64,000 nt of DNA from Callorhinchus milii (taxonomy: Eukaryota), in the NCBI RefSeq assembly GCF_018977255.1, contig NW_024704743.1, positions 27,220,001 to 27,284,000 on the forward strand. Reading direction: 5' to 3'. The notes beneath the pieces were generated by a model. It saw only the letters and a list, made by a program, of their open reading frames with translations. It was not told the origin of the DNA and did no database searches. Shown piece after piece: positions 1 to 12,100 of this stretch; within the stretch, counting starts at the first letter, position 1; each line of letters begins with the position of its first letter. Both the position numbers and the translations under genes were made by a program.

Positions 1-228
1 TTGAAAGTGTGGGTTATGAATGATGAATAAGAATAAAGCAGCATTAATCCATTCAGAATTTGACATTTATTTGCTGTCATTTTCTTATGTACATTTCAGA
101 TGTTAATAAATATTACATATTCCAATAAAATGCTAGGACTATTGAATCTCATGTATAACAATTTTCTTTAACATAACACACTAACCAAAGATATTGTAAA
201 GCTGTGGACATCGATAATGCAAGCATAA

Positions 229-470
229 TACAATTTACATGTATATCGCACCTTTCATATCAGAAGGACATCTCGAAGCGCTTGACACTGCTGATTAGCC
301 GACAGCGGTAGGGATGAGAACCAAAGGGAGTGGCGAGGGGAAGGATGACCAAAAGTGCTGTTGAACACGTGTGTCTCAAGACATGCCTTGCATGATGGTA
401 GAAGGGAGCGAGTTGGAGGGACTCCAGGATAGAGTTCCAGAGAGTGGACTGTCTGATGATGGTGTCCGCT
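229..470 (-). mobile_element. L2 LINE 3' terminal fragment
   Basis: Reverse complement reads ...ctctggaactct...cttgagac...aagcgcttcgagatgtccttctgatatgaaaggtgcgatatacatgtaaattg, matching the 3' end of the L2 copy at 16750-16990. Confidence 0.75.
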
Positions 471-1039
471 AAGCAAAATGAGTGAATTAGTGAGTAAGCA
501 GTGCTTTGAAAATCATTGAGGTTTGTTGTTTTTGTTTTGAACCAATGTTCGTATGATTGCTTATGCTGTGAACTTTGATGTGCTTTAATACATATAACCA
601 TCCTTTGATGTGTCATTGGACACAAAGCTCTCACTTTCACAGAGGTAGCCCAAGAATTCTGTCTCTTAACTGAATTCCAGAAATCGTTCTGGAACAATGC
701 TTAGATGTCAATTTAAAATTACCAATCAGCAAAATATTTATTCATAGGGAAAACTTCACTGCAAGTTTGTGTAGCTGCTGTTAAACATTATAATATTGTG
801 GCGCATGTTTAGCAAGAAACTATATTAACTGGTCTATGGAATTCAAGCCACAGTGTTAACAACTCAAGGAAAAATAAACTTCCAGTTCATTAAGAGTTTA
901 TAATGAATTTTCAATATCCAAAATTCCCATTGATAAAAGCCAACATAAAACTCACAACAGCTAATAATCCTTTGATACAGCATCTTTCAGGTCGGAGGAT
1001 ATCTCATCAGCGCTGTAAAATGCATCACTATATATTTTC

Positions 1040-1350
1040 TAGGAGAAATGCAGCAGACTATTTGCACACAGCAATGTCCCACAAACAGCCATGAAGGGAA
1101 TGACTAGTTTATTTGGGGAATTGTTGGCAGGGAGATATTCCTTTCTGTTTTCAAATTATGCCTTGAGATCTTTAACCCCACCTGAACAGGCAGACAGGAT
1201 CTTCGTTTAACATCTCAGCCAAAGGTTGGAACCTCTGACAATGTAGCACTGTAGTGTCAGCCTCTACTGTAAATTCCAAGTCCTGATCTGGGCATGAGTC
1301 CACAAACTTTCGACTCAGAGGTGACACTGAAATGCTGCCAACTGAGGCAG
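1040..1350 (-). mobile_element. Deu-domain SINE fragment (AmnSINE/SacSINE-like)
   Basis: Minus strand has gagatgttaaacgaag...ctgttcaggtggggttaaagatctcaaggca and gctgtttgtgggacattgctgtgtgcaaat; matches the copies at 21045, 31710, 33372 and 63130. Confidence 0.75.
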
Positions 1351-1713
1351 GCTGAAATAATCTAGCAATAAGATTACTTGAAATGTTAGGTTAGTAGGCC
1401 TAATTTTGTCCATCAATCATGAGAAAGAATGTTAACTCTTAGGTTAAGCTTTTGGTCAAAGCATGTTAGCAAACCATGATCATAAATAAGTATTAAGTAT
1501 GTTTTTTTTCAGTCTGAAATCAGATTTGAAGTCTTAAGAAGACTCAGATTTGATCTGTTCCCGAATGCCTAGGCCACTACGCTGAATTTGTTTTAAGTCA
1601 AATCTGTTTCCATTGTAAATATATTTTGATTTTGTATTTGATATTTTCATTTTTGCACATACAGTGAACTCCAAGAAATCTAAATTGAACATTTATAATA
1701 AATTTATATTAAT

Positions 1714-1905
1714 GATAATAATCCTTGCATGTGATTATAGCACCTATCACACTGCACAGAATATACTGTAAAGTGAATTGACTGTGTATTTTGTGGGCAA
1801 AACGCAGTGTCCCATAAACAGTCGTGGATTGAGTAACCAAAATTATTTATTTTGTTTCAAAGGAATTATTACACCCGGAAAAGAGAGCCACCAATCGATT
1901 AACAA
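1714..1905 (-). mobile_element. tRNA-derived SINE, 5'-truncated 3' part
   Basis: (ATT)n tail plus body matching the full copy at 7710-8078. Confidence 0.8.
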
Positions 1906-1910
1906 CCAAA

Positions 1911-2135
1911 ACTTTGGAACTCCATTCCACATTCCCTTTGCCTTGCTCCTTCCATTGGCTCCTTCATGGCATGTCTCAAGACCCTCCTCTTCAATTCCTC
2001 TTCAGCCACTCTTCAAGCCCTTGCCTTCCACCCTCCCTGATCCCACACCCTACAGGGTCCAAATCCCTGACAGTTCGGCACCTTGAGATGTCCTCCCGAC
2101 ATGAAAGGTGCTATACAAATGTAATGAACAAATTT
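1911..2135 (+). mobile_element. L2 LINE 3' terminal fragment
   Basis: tggaactccattcc...ctcaagaccctcctcttc...gcaccttgagatgtcctcccgacatgaaaggtgctatacaaatgtaat; matches the 16760-16970 tail. Confidence 0.85.
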
Positions 2136-2159
2136 GTATTGTATGGTATTTTCAACCCC

Positions 2160-2590
2160 ACACCATTGAGGGCTGGTTTCACCGGTTCAAGGTCAGAAAT
2201 TGAGGAGCAGGTTCTTACCTCTGTGCAAATCAATCAAGATGGATCCCAGGTGCTGGTTGTATGAACGAGTGTTCACAAACTCCATGTAACGCCTTCCAGC
2301 AGCTGTCCCCCCATGCCTCAGAGATTTTCTCCTCAGCTATGCCAGGGGCTATGCTTCAGTGTGATGGGAGGACCTTCACAGGACAGCTTGTGATGTGCCA
2401 GCCACTTGATATTCTTCAGGTTCAAATCCAGTGCCATGTACCAGGTTTACTCACCGTCTGTTTAATCCACGTCGAATTTGAAGTGTTTTGGCAAATAGAC
2501 ATACTTGCTGTTAAATCAACTCTATCTCCAGTGTGCTCAGTAACACTCTCCTTGGTACTCCCCATCATATGCTTTGCGATGTTGAAAGGT
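2160..2590 (-). mobile_element. Fragment of putative RLE-type non-LTR retrotransposon (decayed endonuclease region)
   Basis: Aligns by eye with 40205-40510; the minus strand gives frameshifted LFAKTLQI/TWIKQTVSKPG/ALDLNLKNIK and DSCWKAL...PGIHLD. Confidence 0.55.
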
Positions 2591-2597
2591 GCTCCAT

Positions 2598-2825
2598 GAA
2601 TAGAAATTCATAGAATCATAGAATTATACAGCACAGAAGGAAGCCATTCAGCCCATCGTGTCTGTGCTGGCTCTTTGAAAAGAGCTATCCAATTCAATTC
2701 CACTCCCTCCCTCTCTTCCCATAGCCCTGCAAACTTGTCCTCCCCAAATAAATATCTACTTCTCTCTTAAAAGTTATCGAATCGACTTCCACCAGCCTTT
2801 CAGGAAATGCATTCCAGGATTGTAT
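2598..2825 (-). mobile_element. CR1 LINE 3' end
   Basis: catagaatcatagaattatacagcacagaaggaagccattcagcccatc is the reverse complement of the CR1 tail with (ATTCTATG)n repeats seen at 47560-47610. Confidence 0.85.
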
Positions 2826-3281
2826 GGCTTGGTTTCACTCTAAGCAATAGCTTTAGCAACTTAGTCATCGAGAAAGCTATTCACATCAATCTTGACCTTG
2901 CTTTTAAAATTTACTGTGATATATATTTGCAGGATGTTCTACTTGAAATCAAACCATTCAGGCAATCCAACTTCCATGCACCATCCATAGTGAGGGATCA
3001 GACCTCATGAGTAGAATTATTAATAAGAGCAATTCCAGTTTGCTTTGTTGAAACTTCTGCCTGCATATAGGAGCAATAAACGAAGTGTTATTTTTGATGA
3101 TATAGCTTAAAGTTTAAGTGAACAATAGTCACTACAAAGAGATTAAAAATGAGCACACATTGTCATCAAGTAACTTCCTTCAAAGGAGATTGTATAATCC
3201 GAATGGCATACCCATAATTGGTTACTGAGGAATAAATAAAGCTACATTCATGATTTCATCTGTCTGAAGGTTTCTATCTAC

Positions 3282-4235
3282 CTTGTTCCAAATTGGACTG
3301 AGTCAATCCTTGGTGGCCAATCAGTCATCTCATCATTCTAAACATTGAGGTAGAGCTTCAATCGCAGTACACAGCCAGGTCAGGAATGAGCTAAAGATCT
3401 TAATGCACCAAAACAATGAGATGGCAATTCAATAAGAAGCATTTTACCTTCTCTCAGCTGTGTCTCTAAACAGTAGAAAGAGTAGAGATCTGATTCCCCC
3501 CCACCCTTTGAGGAAGGCTAAATTTAATATTATTCCTGCCACCCTGCCAATGATCAGATCAATAATAATAATAATAATAATTCTTGCATTTGATATAGCA
3601 TTTCATTGTGTCTTTGAGACATCTCAAAGTGCTTCACAGAATATATTGTAAAGTGTAGTGACTGTGTATTTTGTGGGCGAAACATGGCAGCCAATTGCCC
3701 ACAGCAGTGTCACACAAACAGTCGTGGATTGAGTGACCCACTTTTTTCTTATTTCTACGGACCATTGCCCCCGGAAAAGTGATCCACCTTTCAACTAACA
3801 ATGGGTTCCTACTTACTGCTAGGTAAACAGAGGCGTGTGGCTAAGAATCAAGCCTGTAACCTTCTAAATCCAATGACTCGCAGTGCCCCAGCAGATAAAT
3901 GTTAAGATCCTTAACCTGTGGATCTGGTACTATAAAATCTCCAGCAGATAATGTCTATTCAGTGACTACTTATTCAAACATAATTTACTTTAAAATTAAC
4001 AGCATGACTTAGTGTCACACTGCACATAACACAATGTCAGAACATGTTTAGAGACACAGCTGAGAGAAGGTAAAATGCTTCTTATTGAATTGCCATCTCA
4101 TTGTTTTGGTGCATTAAGATCTTTAGCTCATTCCTGATCTGGCTGTGTACTGCGATTGAAGCTCTACTTCAATGTTTAGAGAGATGAGATGACTGATTGG
4201 CCACCAAAGATTGACTCAGCCCAAGTTGGAACAAG
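3282..4235. repeat. Inverted duplication with ~190-bp arms (3282-3472 and 4045-4235)
   Basis: The arms are near-identical reverse complements, for example gcattttaccttctctcagctgtgtctctaaaca / tgtttagagacacagctgagagaaggtaaaatgc, with only a few mismatches. Confidence 0.95.
3561..3840 (-). mobile_element. tRNA-derived SINE, 5'-truncated (head missing)
   Basis: (AAT)n at 3561, then cttgcatttgatatagc...gggttcctacttactgctaggtaaacagaggcgtgtgg, the reverse complement of the SINE body. Confidence 0.9.
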
Positions 4236-4514
4236 AACAAGTCCTAAAATAAATTATTATTCTATTATTTCTATCACTATCTAAAATCTCTAATCCTAAA
4301 GTAACTCTGAAGGGATGGTCCTGTGGAAGGGATTGAATGTTTGGAAATGTGGGTGTTCTGGAGGGATGTTGTAGGTTGAAAAAGACTATGTGGATTATGT
4401 CACCCTTTTGAGCAGTGTTCAGTTTGTTTATTGTATTTTGTGGAGCTGCTGAACTTTACATTTGTTGAGAGGTGACAGTTAATTTCTCTTTTAGACTATG
4501 ACTAAGGCCTCTCA

Positions 4515-4753
4515 CTTCATCATTCTGCCCCATCCTTTGGAACTCCCTCCCACAGTACCTTCATCTCACCTCCTCTCTTGCCTCCTTCAAGGCTCATCTC
4601 AAGACCCACCTCTTCGACCGTGCCTTCGGTCATCCTCTTACCCCCTGCCCTCCATCCCTCCTGAGCTTCGGGTCGAAATCCTGACTGTTCAGCACCTTGG
4701 GATATCCTCTTGATGTGAAAGATGCTAGACAAATGTAATTTTTTGTTGTTGTT
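4515..4753 (+). mobile_element. L2 LINE 3' terminal fragment
   Basis: Matches the L2 3' end and finishes gcaccttgggatatcctcttgatgtgaaagatgctagacaaatgtaatt...ttgttgttgtt. Confidence 0.85.
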
Positions 4754-6544
4754 TTCATGAATAAACTGACTGTGGTTATCATTGGTACAGAAGTGTTTTG
4801 ACATCTCTATTGAACTAGCTGTACCAGGTGACCATAATATACCAAGTCAATTTACACATAAAGTGTACAAGGTGTTCTCTAATTTATTTCCACCTAGCAT
4901 TAAGCATTAATCTTCAGGCTAAAAATATTTGATGTAAAAATTCTGAAGTTCACTGATTTCAGTTTCTTATATTTGTCCACCCTACTAATGTTATCACCAA
5001 ATGCTGTGGATTGTCACTCCAACTCTGCAAATGCCCAACCATATAATGTGCTTAAATAAACCAACTTTGTTATTCCAAAAGCACATTCTGGATACTATTG
5101 GCAGCCCTGTAAACGTCTTATACTCTACAACTTTGATGTATCACTTGGCAGAAAAGTTTGATTCATGAATAAATCAATCGGATATATGTTTCATGATATA
5201 ACTGGTGGTTGAAAGTTGCATCGTGTCATAACAAGCAGTTTACAATGATCTCATCTTTCCACAAGAGGTAGGAGTCTGTCCAGCCACTCACCGATGCTTG
5301 TTGGCAGTCAAGAGCACCTTATTCATCCACAGTTGGCAGATTTGCAAACTTTGCTGTGTGAATTTATTTAAGGTCATTTCTCCAAAGTTACAAATCCATG
5401 GATTAACAGATAACAAGATGTTTTCAGTTGCTGTAAAGTGTATGAATTGATCCCTCCTTGGACAATTGCCCCCAATTGAATTTTGCAGTTGGTTAATTAC
5501 AATGTCACTATCTCAGGGTGCCCAGGTCTTGGTGTGAAGAATGAGAGTGAGAGGAAAAATAACGATGGGAAACTTCACTGCTGTAACATGGATGTCCCCA
5601 AAGCAAAGCAATATAGGTGTCAGAGAACTGAGTAAATGGTTTGTATCTATGCAACACCAATTAAGTACAGAACTGCAGAGCTCCTTTTTAAGTGTCAGAC
5701 TGCAGACGTGGCTGTCTGCTAAATGTTTGGGTGGGTGGAGTTTGATGTTACTCATTAACTGAATAAATAAACAAATTATAAGATCAACAGTAACTTTTTC
5801 ATACAGAATTGATATTGCACCCTCATAAATATTTCATGCATGGCTACATCCATTTGCTTTTTGACTGAACAAATCTATCTAAAAATCGCTTGCGGTAGTT
5901 CAGGTTATTATACAATACAGCAGTTAATTGACTTAGATGTGTGCTTTCCATTCCTGATGTTGACTCATCATTAATCATTTCCTATTCTTGCTGGTAAAAT
6001 AGCCCTTTGACATACAGGAGTCTTTAAAGGGTGTTTAATACTGTATAAGTTAATAATAACTTAAGCAGATTTCATTGCATCTTTTGGCAATTAACATATG
6101 TATTCTTGATGATGATATCAATAATTATTAAAGTAGATATATATGATGGGAATAATTATTTCTTACATATAATGGTAAATGCTGCAAAAGCTTTAGAAAT
6201 CTGCAGCAGGCAGCATTTTTAGAATATTCAAACATTAAAGTGAAATGTATATTTCAACACCTTGGTATCATAGTGTAGTATTCTTTAGAACCTTTATCCA
6301 CAGAGGCAATCATCCTTCTTACAACTATTATCTTTCTTTCCAATTTTTTTCTAAAAACAACCTGTCTTCCCAGTTGACTTTCAATGGCTATAGTCAGTGT
6401 TTTTTGACAAGCTTCCAAGTATTATTGACCACCAATAGGGAATGCTGAGAATGTAAAATACACCTAATGCTGACTCTCCAGTGTCATCACACATAAAGTT
6501 GCAAATTTATAAAATTTATAAATTAATAAATTAATAAACACATA

Positions 6545-6690
6545 AATTGGCTACCACGTTTCACCCACAATATATGCAGTCAATTCACTTTACAATATCC
6601 TCTGTGAAATGCTTTGAGCCATCTCAAAGATGTGATTACGTGCTATATCAAATGCAAGGATTATCATTATTATTATATTGTTATTATTAT
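6545..6690 (+). mobile_element. SINE 3' fragment
   Basis: aattggctaccacgtttcacccacaa...gtgctatatcaaatgcaaggattatcattattatt. Confidence 0.8.
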
Positions 6691-7139
6691 TTTTGTAAAT
6701 CCTCTATGATAATTATTAAAGGAACTTCTCCATGACACTCTGACGTTATGAGTGCTGTTTATTGTTCTACCATCCCTTAGGAAAAATTCTGACACCATGG
6801 TCCAGCCTGTCAGAATGATGGAACTGTAATTCTTACCAGTGTTGCCTGAGCATATCACAAAAGATGGCAAGTAATCCTATTTCACAAGATCGGTTTCGAA
6901 GAAGAAGGCCCTACATATCATCTGGTCTCATCCTTACAGAATACCCACAGTATTATATTCTCGTCACAGAATCAAGCTGTTTTTTAAATAGGTCCTGGCA
7001 TCATCCATCCTTCCTTACAACATGTTCCAAGCATTAATTACCCTGTGATTAAGGAAAAACTTCCTGGTGACTGTCCGAAAATTGTCCGTTATATCCACGC
7101 ATTTTATTATTGTAGCAATGGAACGCAGCGTAAATTTAG

Positions 7140-7575
7140 AAAAATTTTATTAAGGATGAATGAATATAGCTATTGAGAAAGATTAGACAGAATAGAGTTT
7201 TTATCTCTAGACAGGGGCTTGATAGAAATAGTTTAAGATTATGAAAGGATTCAATATGGTCCATGGTGACAAGATGTTTCCACTTGTTGGAGAATCCAAA
7301 ACAAGAGATCACAAACATAAGATAGTCAATATTAGATCTAAAAGGGAGCTTAGGGGGGCTTTGTTCACACAGAGGGTGTTGTGAATGTGGAACTCATTGT
7401 CAGAAGCTGTAGTTGAAGTTAAAAGCAGCAATATATTTAAGAGGAAATGAAGTACATACATGAAGAAGAAGGGAATAAAAGAGAATGGAAGAGGGTAATA
7501 AGAGAGATGGGGATGCGTATGGAATATAAAAACTGTCACAGAGTAGCTGGGTTGAATGGTTTGTTTCCATGCCGT
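7140..7575 (+). mobile_element. CR1 LINE 3' fragment (degenerate)
   Basis: ttgatagaaatagtttaagattatgaaagga...ttcacacagagggtg...gaatgtggaactcattg; homologous to 47230-47420. Confidence 0.7.
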
Positions 7576-7579
7576 ATCA

Positions 7580-7706
7580 TTTTGCCCACAAAATGTACAA
7601 CCAATTCACTTTACAGTATATTCTGTGAAGCGCTTTGAGATGTCTCGAAGATGTGAAAAGACGCTATATTGAATGCAAGGATTACGATTGTTATTAATAA
7701 TAATAA
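7580..7706 (+). mobile_element. SINE 3' fragment directly upstream of a full SINE
   Basis: ttcactttacagtatattctgtgaagcgctttgagatgtc...gctatattgaatgcaaggatt. Confidence 0.8.
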
Positions 7707-7709
7707 TTT

Positions 7710-8078
7710 GGAGTCCTGTAGCTCAGTGGTTAGAGCGCTCGCCTCGCAAACGAGAGACCTGGGTTGATTCCTGGCAGGGTGAAACATTGGGCAAATTTCC
7801 TTACTCCACATGCTTCTGTTTACCTATCAGTAAATAGGAACCCAGTGGTTAGTCGATTGCCGGATCACTTTTCCAGGGGTAATAATTCCTTCAAAAAAAT
7901 AAAAATAATAATAATTTGATCACTCAATCCACGACTGTTTGTGGGACACTGCTTTGCGCAATTGGCTGCCGCATTTCATCCACAAAATACACAGTATATG
8001 CTGTGAAGAACTTTTAGATGTTTTTTCGAAGATGGACAAGGTGCATCTTCGAATGCAAGAATTATTATTATTATTATT
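7710..8078 (+). mobile_element. Full-length tRNA-derived SINE (tRNA-Ala-like head, L2-type tail)
   Basis: Head ggagtcctgtagctcagtggttagagcgctcgcc...gggttgattcc carries Pol III A and B boxes; central ttgggcaaatttccttactccacatgcttctgtttacc; (ATT)n tail. Paralogues at 23196, 29142, 39723 and 29594(-). Confidence 0.92.
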
Positions 8079-8365
8079 CTATGCAATAGTTTTTTACGGG
8101 GAAATAAAGCAATATATGAGCTAAAATTTTGAACATTTCTAATTTTTTGCCAGTGTTAGTTAACTTTCCACCTTAATCTCACCCTTGCTCTCCACACACA
8201 CACACAAATAAAATAAATGGAAAATTGATCTGGAAACTAGCAGGAATCTGCTGTCTTTTTCTAATCTTTGAGCCAAAAGTAAAACAAAATTACAATTAAA
8301 ACACCCGCTGTGTAGTCTTTCTTAGGTGTGTTTGGGCAGCTTCAAGTCGTATGTAGAAATGAACT

Positions 8366-8379
8366 GTTGCCTTAGCAAC
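8366..8379. promoter_or_regulatory. RFX X-box motif GTTGCCTTAGCAAC
   Basis: Exact fit to the GTNRCC-N(0-3)-RGYAAC consensus, in sequence not recognised as repeat; function untested. Confidence 0.4.
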
Positions 8380-8911
8380 CTGCCTCGCTGTATGCCAATG
8401 TGTTTCTAGACCTCTTTTTCTGCATTCTGAATATAAAGGGATTTTATTCTTTTTCTCACTAATGCAATGACATTGGCAGTTATATCATTCGGTGCTTCCA
8501 CTGAGCTCTTATTTTGTTTGCACCTTGGCCACAGAAGGAAAAGACATGGCAATTTAAATTGCCAAGCCTCAGGCAAGAATGAAAATGCCCTCCTCTACTG
8601 AACCCCATGGGAAAATGATGCCTACAAGTAAGATCTCAGCGCTAAAGCAGTTATTACTAGTCCAATTGACCATTAAAACTGGATTTGAACTGGATACTCC
8701 CTTGGTCACCAGTGTATAAAGACACCTCAGGGAGTAGCATGGATCCCTACCCACCAGGAGGTTTGATTCCAGGTTGGTATTAAGTCAGATTATCATAGTT
8801 TGGGCAACAATTGACCTTACAATTCCTAGGCTACAAAAGGGGAAAAATCAGCCACATTGTTCGGTCCTCACTTCTATCCAATTCTCTAACCCTGGAAATC
8901 GGAATTATATA

Positions 8912-9148
8912 NTTTTTTGGTCAGCCAGGTGTCGGACACATGCGTAAACCCATCACCATGTTTAAGATTATCCAAGCCAACCTGAGATTTCCATGCATCC
9001 CACCTACATATGAAAATCCCAGACATAGATTATGAAATGGAATGAATACACTCTCCCTGGATGGACACATCCTGCTTACCTAATTCCGGTAAGTATTAGG
9101 TGAGGGTTGATAAGAGCCAAGATTTGGGGACCTCAGAGTTGGCGTTAC
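8912..9148 (-). mobile_element. 3' end of the unassigned poly(A)-tailed family (putative RLE retrotransposon)
   Basis: tttttttggtcagccaggtgtcggacacatgcgtaaacccatcaccatgtttaagattatccaag; matches 39538 and 38962. Confidence 0.8.
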
Positions 9149-9189
9149 CCCATGACCTAACCACTATGGTGGCGGTGTGGCTCATTTCA

Positions 9190-9920
9190 TTCCTCACTTG
9201 GCCTATCCTCCTCCTCCAGTTCCTTCCCCTCCATCGAGCACTCTACCATCCCTCCAATCTTTCCCTTAAAATTCCTCTTATTCGTTGCCCCCCCCCACAA
9301 AACCTCCCCCACCTTCCTCTCTGACATCTCCACCCTCTCTGCCTCTATTCTGAAAGCTTAATCTGGTGATTACCTGGAGCCTCAGGGTCTTGGACATCAC
9401 CATCACAGACAAAATCATCTCAGACCACTGATTCATCTCCCTTAAATCTTTCATCCCTCTCCCCATTACCCAACCCACCCCGCCTCCATCTCCTACTGGC
9501 CCTGGAAAAAAATTCTCCCCTCTCTCCCTCTCCACTGCCCTGGAGTCATGTGAACTCCTCAATCTCTGGGCTTCCTCCTGCAATAACTTCTCCTCTGTCA
9601 CTCTCTTCCAAAATTCGCTCTTCACCATTCTTGATGCCCTTTCCCCCTCACCACCTGCCCAAACTGCCTCCTAATATGCAAGTCATATTGGTACATCAGC
9701 ACCTCCGATCCCTCAAGGCACAGGTGCATGGCGCCATATGCAATTGGCTCAAATCTAATTTAACAGTCCATCGGCAGATCTATCTGGATTACATTAAAGC
9801 TTACTACTCCTCCGCTTCCACTAAAATCTTTCTTCTTCTCCAAGATAATCTTGGAGGCCAAGGATAACCCCAAGTTCATCTTCTCCATCACTAACTGGCT
9901 TCTCCACCCACCCTCTCTTC
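9190..9920 (+). mobile_element. L2 LINE internal ORF2 fragment (endonuclease/linker side)
   Basis: Pyrimidine-rich; SDH-like 'tcagaccac' at about 9420; 9700-9900 aligns with the start of the L2 at 13700-13900. Confidence 0.75.
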
Positions 9921-11124
9921 CCATTCACAAAAGAAAAAAAGTTAACATTTGAGTGAACAGGAAGAATGTTTTTTACGCTAATAAATTGACATTATTTGTG
10001 AATTACCACCACAAACTAAGCAGAATGCTTGGATCTTTATTCTCTGGGTAGCGGTAAAGGTATATAAACTATCAGTCAGGATATTATCTCTTCTCTACGT
10101 AAAGCCACAGCCAAAGAGCTAGTTTCTTTGGTTCCTGACAGTTGTTGGAAGCACAAAATGTTGACGTGTGTCTCATAAAAGGTATAACTTCAAAGCCATT
10201 TCTATGAACCAAGAGCAATTGAAATTGCTCTTGATTCATGGAAATGGCTTTGGCTTTAACTTTGGGCTTCTGCTGCATAATGTATAAAACTGAATATGTG
10301 ATATTGGCAGTTTATTTTTAGCCTTGTCCTTTCCATTTGCCTTTGTTAGCTATTACTTCAGTTTGAAGCTTCAATTCTTCCTCTCTTGTGCTCTTTTGTT
10401 TTGTGCTGTCTATAGAGTTTCACATGTGCATCCTCTTCATCTAATGTCAGAATGAAATAAAATAAATACTCATCCTCGTAAATTAAAATTCAGCAACAGT
10501 TTTGGAAGTGTGATAAATATTCACAAAGTACTGGTGTGTTACTAAGTTTATTGGCATCTTGATTCCAATAACCATACTCTGTGCCCTGTTCCTTGTGTTC
10601 TCTTATACTCCCTGAACCTGTCCACAACTGTTGTTAATTGATTTTTGTTGTCTCTTAAAAGGATCTCTCCATAGGAAGCTAAATCTTAGAGAATTTGTGA
10701 GGATAGCATGGGGATAGGGGCTAAGATTTCAAAGAATTTTTTTCTGTGAAGTGTTACTGTCCTGACTTCCATGCAGCTTTTCTTATTCTGTGTACATCCA
10801 ATTTCCTGCCCACTCAAAAATAGAACAGCATTTATAAGTTATTAGCTGGGCCAATGGAAAAGTGCGGAATTTTTTGTGGAAAATTGGATGGGCTTGATCT
10901 GTGCTATTGAGGTGCATTTTACTGCCAACCTACATTATTTTATTTTATTGCTAAAATCTAATCATGAGGAAATAACACATACTAGATTGTTGTAAAGAAA
11001 ATGTCTTGATTTAACACACCAACATTGGCCCAAAGGTCCTGGAGATCTGCCAAAAAGCAGACACTCAGGACCAGTGTCCTGACTGCAGGCCTACAGGAGC
11101 TCACCATCTCTCAGGGCTCAGCAC

Positions 11125-11470
11125 CGCACACAGACACGGAGATAGAGACCCAGAGAGAGCGACACACGCACAGACCTACAGACACAAAATGACACACACG
11201 CACACAGACAGAGGAGAGAGATAACAATATACATTCACACAGAGACACTCATAAAAACACAGCCATATAGAAGAAACGCACACAAACATACTCACATGCA
11301 CATACATACATACAGAGTAGAGAGATATAGAGACACTCACAACCAGACACACACATAGAGAGAAAGGGACACACAGACACACTCACACACACGCACACAA
11401 ACACATAGAGAGAGAGAGAGAGATACACTCACACAGGAACGCTCACAAACACAGAGAGGGACACACACAT
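11125..11470. repeat. Degenerate (CA)n/(GA)n low-complexity tract
   Basis: Directly visible in the sequence. Confidence 0.9.
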
Positions 11471-11732
11471 GGACAATTTCAACAGCGGGGCCTCCAAGTG
11501 GAGCAAAGCCCATTTCCAGCTGTTTATGGGGAATTCCGCGGGAAAATTGTGGCTGCACTGTTCTATTGACCTACGTTATTAGTAATACTGCTAATACACA
11601 GGGAGATTAATTTTACAATTTCAAACAAATAAATACCCAGGCGTGCCTAAGGCAGGCCTTATACACTTAGGGATGATTAATAGAGATAGATACAATACTG
11701 ACCTTCAAAACAGCCCTCTCTTTTAAGGGAAC

Positions 11733-12100
11733 AATAATAATAATAAACTTTGCATTTGGTATAAAGCCTCATCACAGTGTCAAATGTTTCAAAGGGCTTT
11801 ATTGGATTTATTGTAAAGTTTAGTGATTGTAGGTAAATATGGTAGTCAATTTGCACACACAAACGTCCCTCAACCAGCCATAGAGCGAGTGACCAATTTT
11901 ATTTGGGAACTGTAGGCCAGGAAACCACAAGAAATACCTTCTCTTTTCGAATAGTGCCACAGGATCTTTAACAACCACCTGAACAGGCAAATGGGACCTC
12001 AGTTTAACATCTCATTCTGAAGTACGGCACAATGCAGTGTTCCATCACTGCATTGGACTGTTGGCCTAGACTCTGGGTCAGAATATTGTTAAGACTCAGA
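11733..12100 (-). mobile_element. Deu-domain SINE
   Basis: (AAT)n tail, then the reverse complement of gagatgttaaactgaggtccc...ctgttcaggtgg...taaagatcctgtggcactattcg. Confidence 0.8.

Noticed and set aside
7710..7780. tRNA genes at the SINE heads (also 23196, 29142, 39723)
   Set aside because: No intact acceptor stem, and each runs directly into a SINE body and tail.
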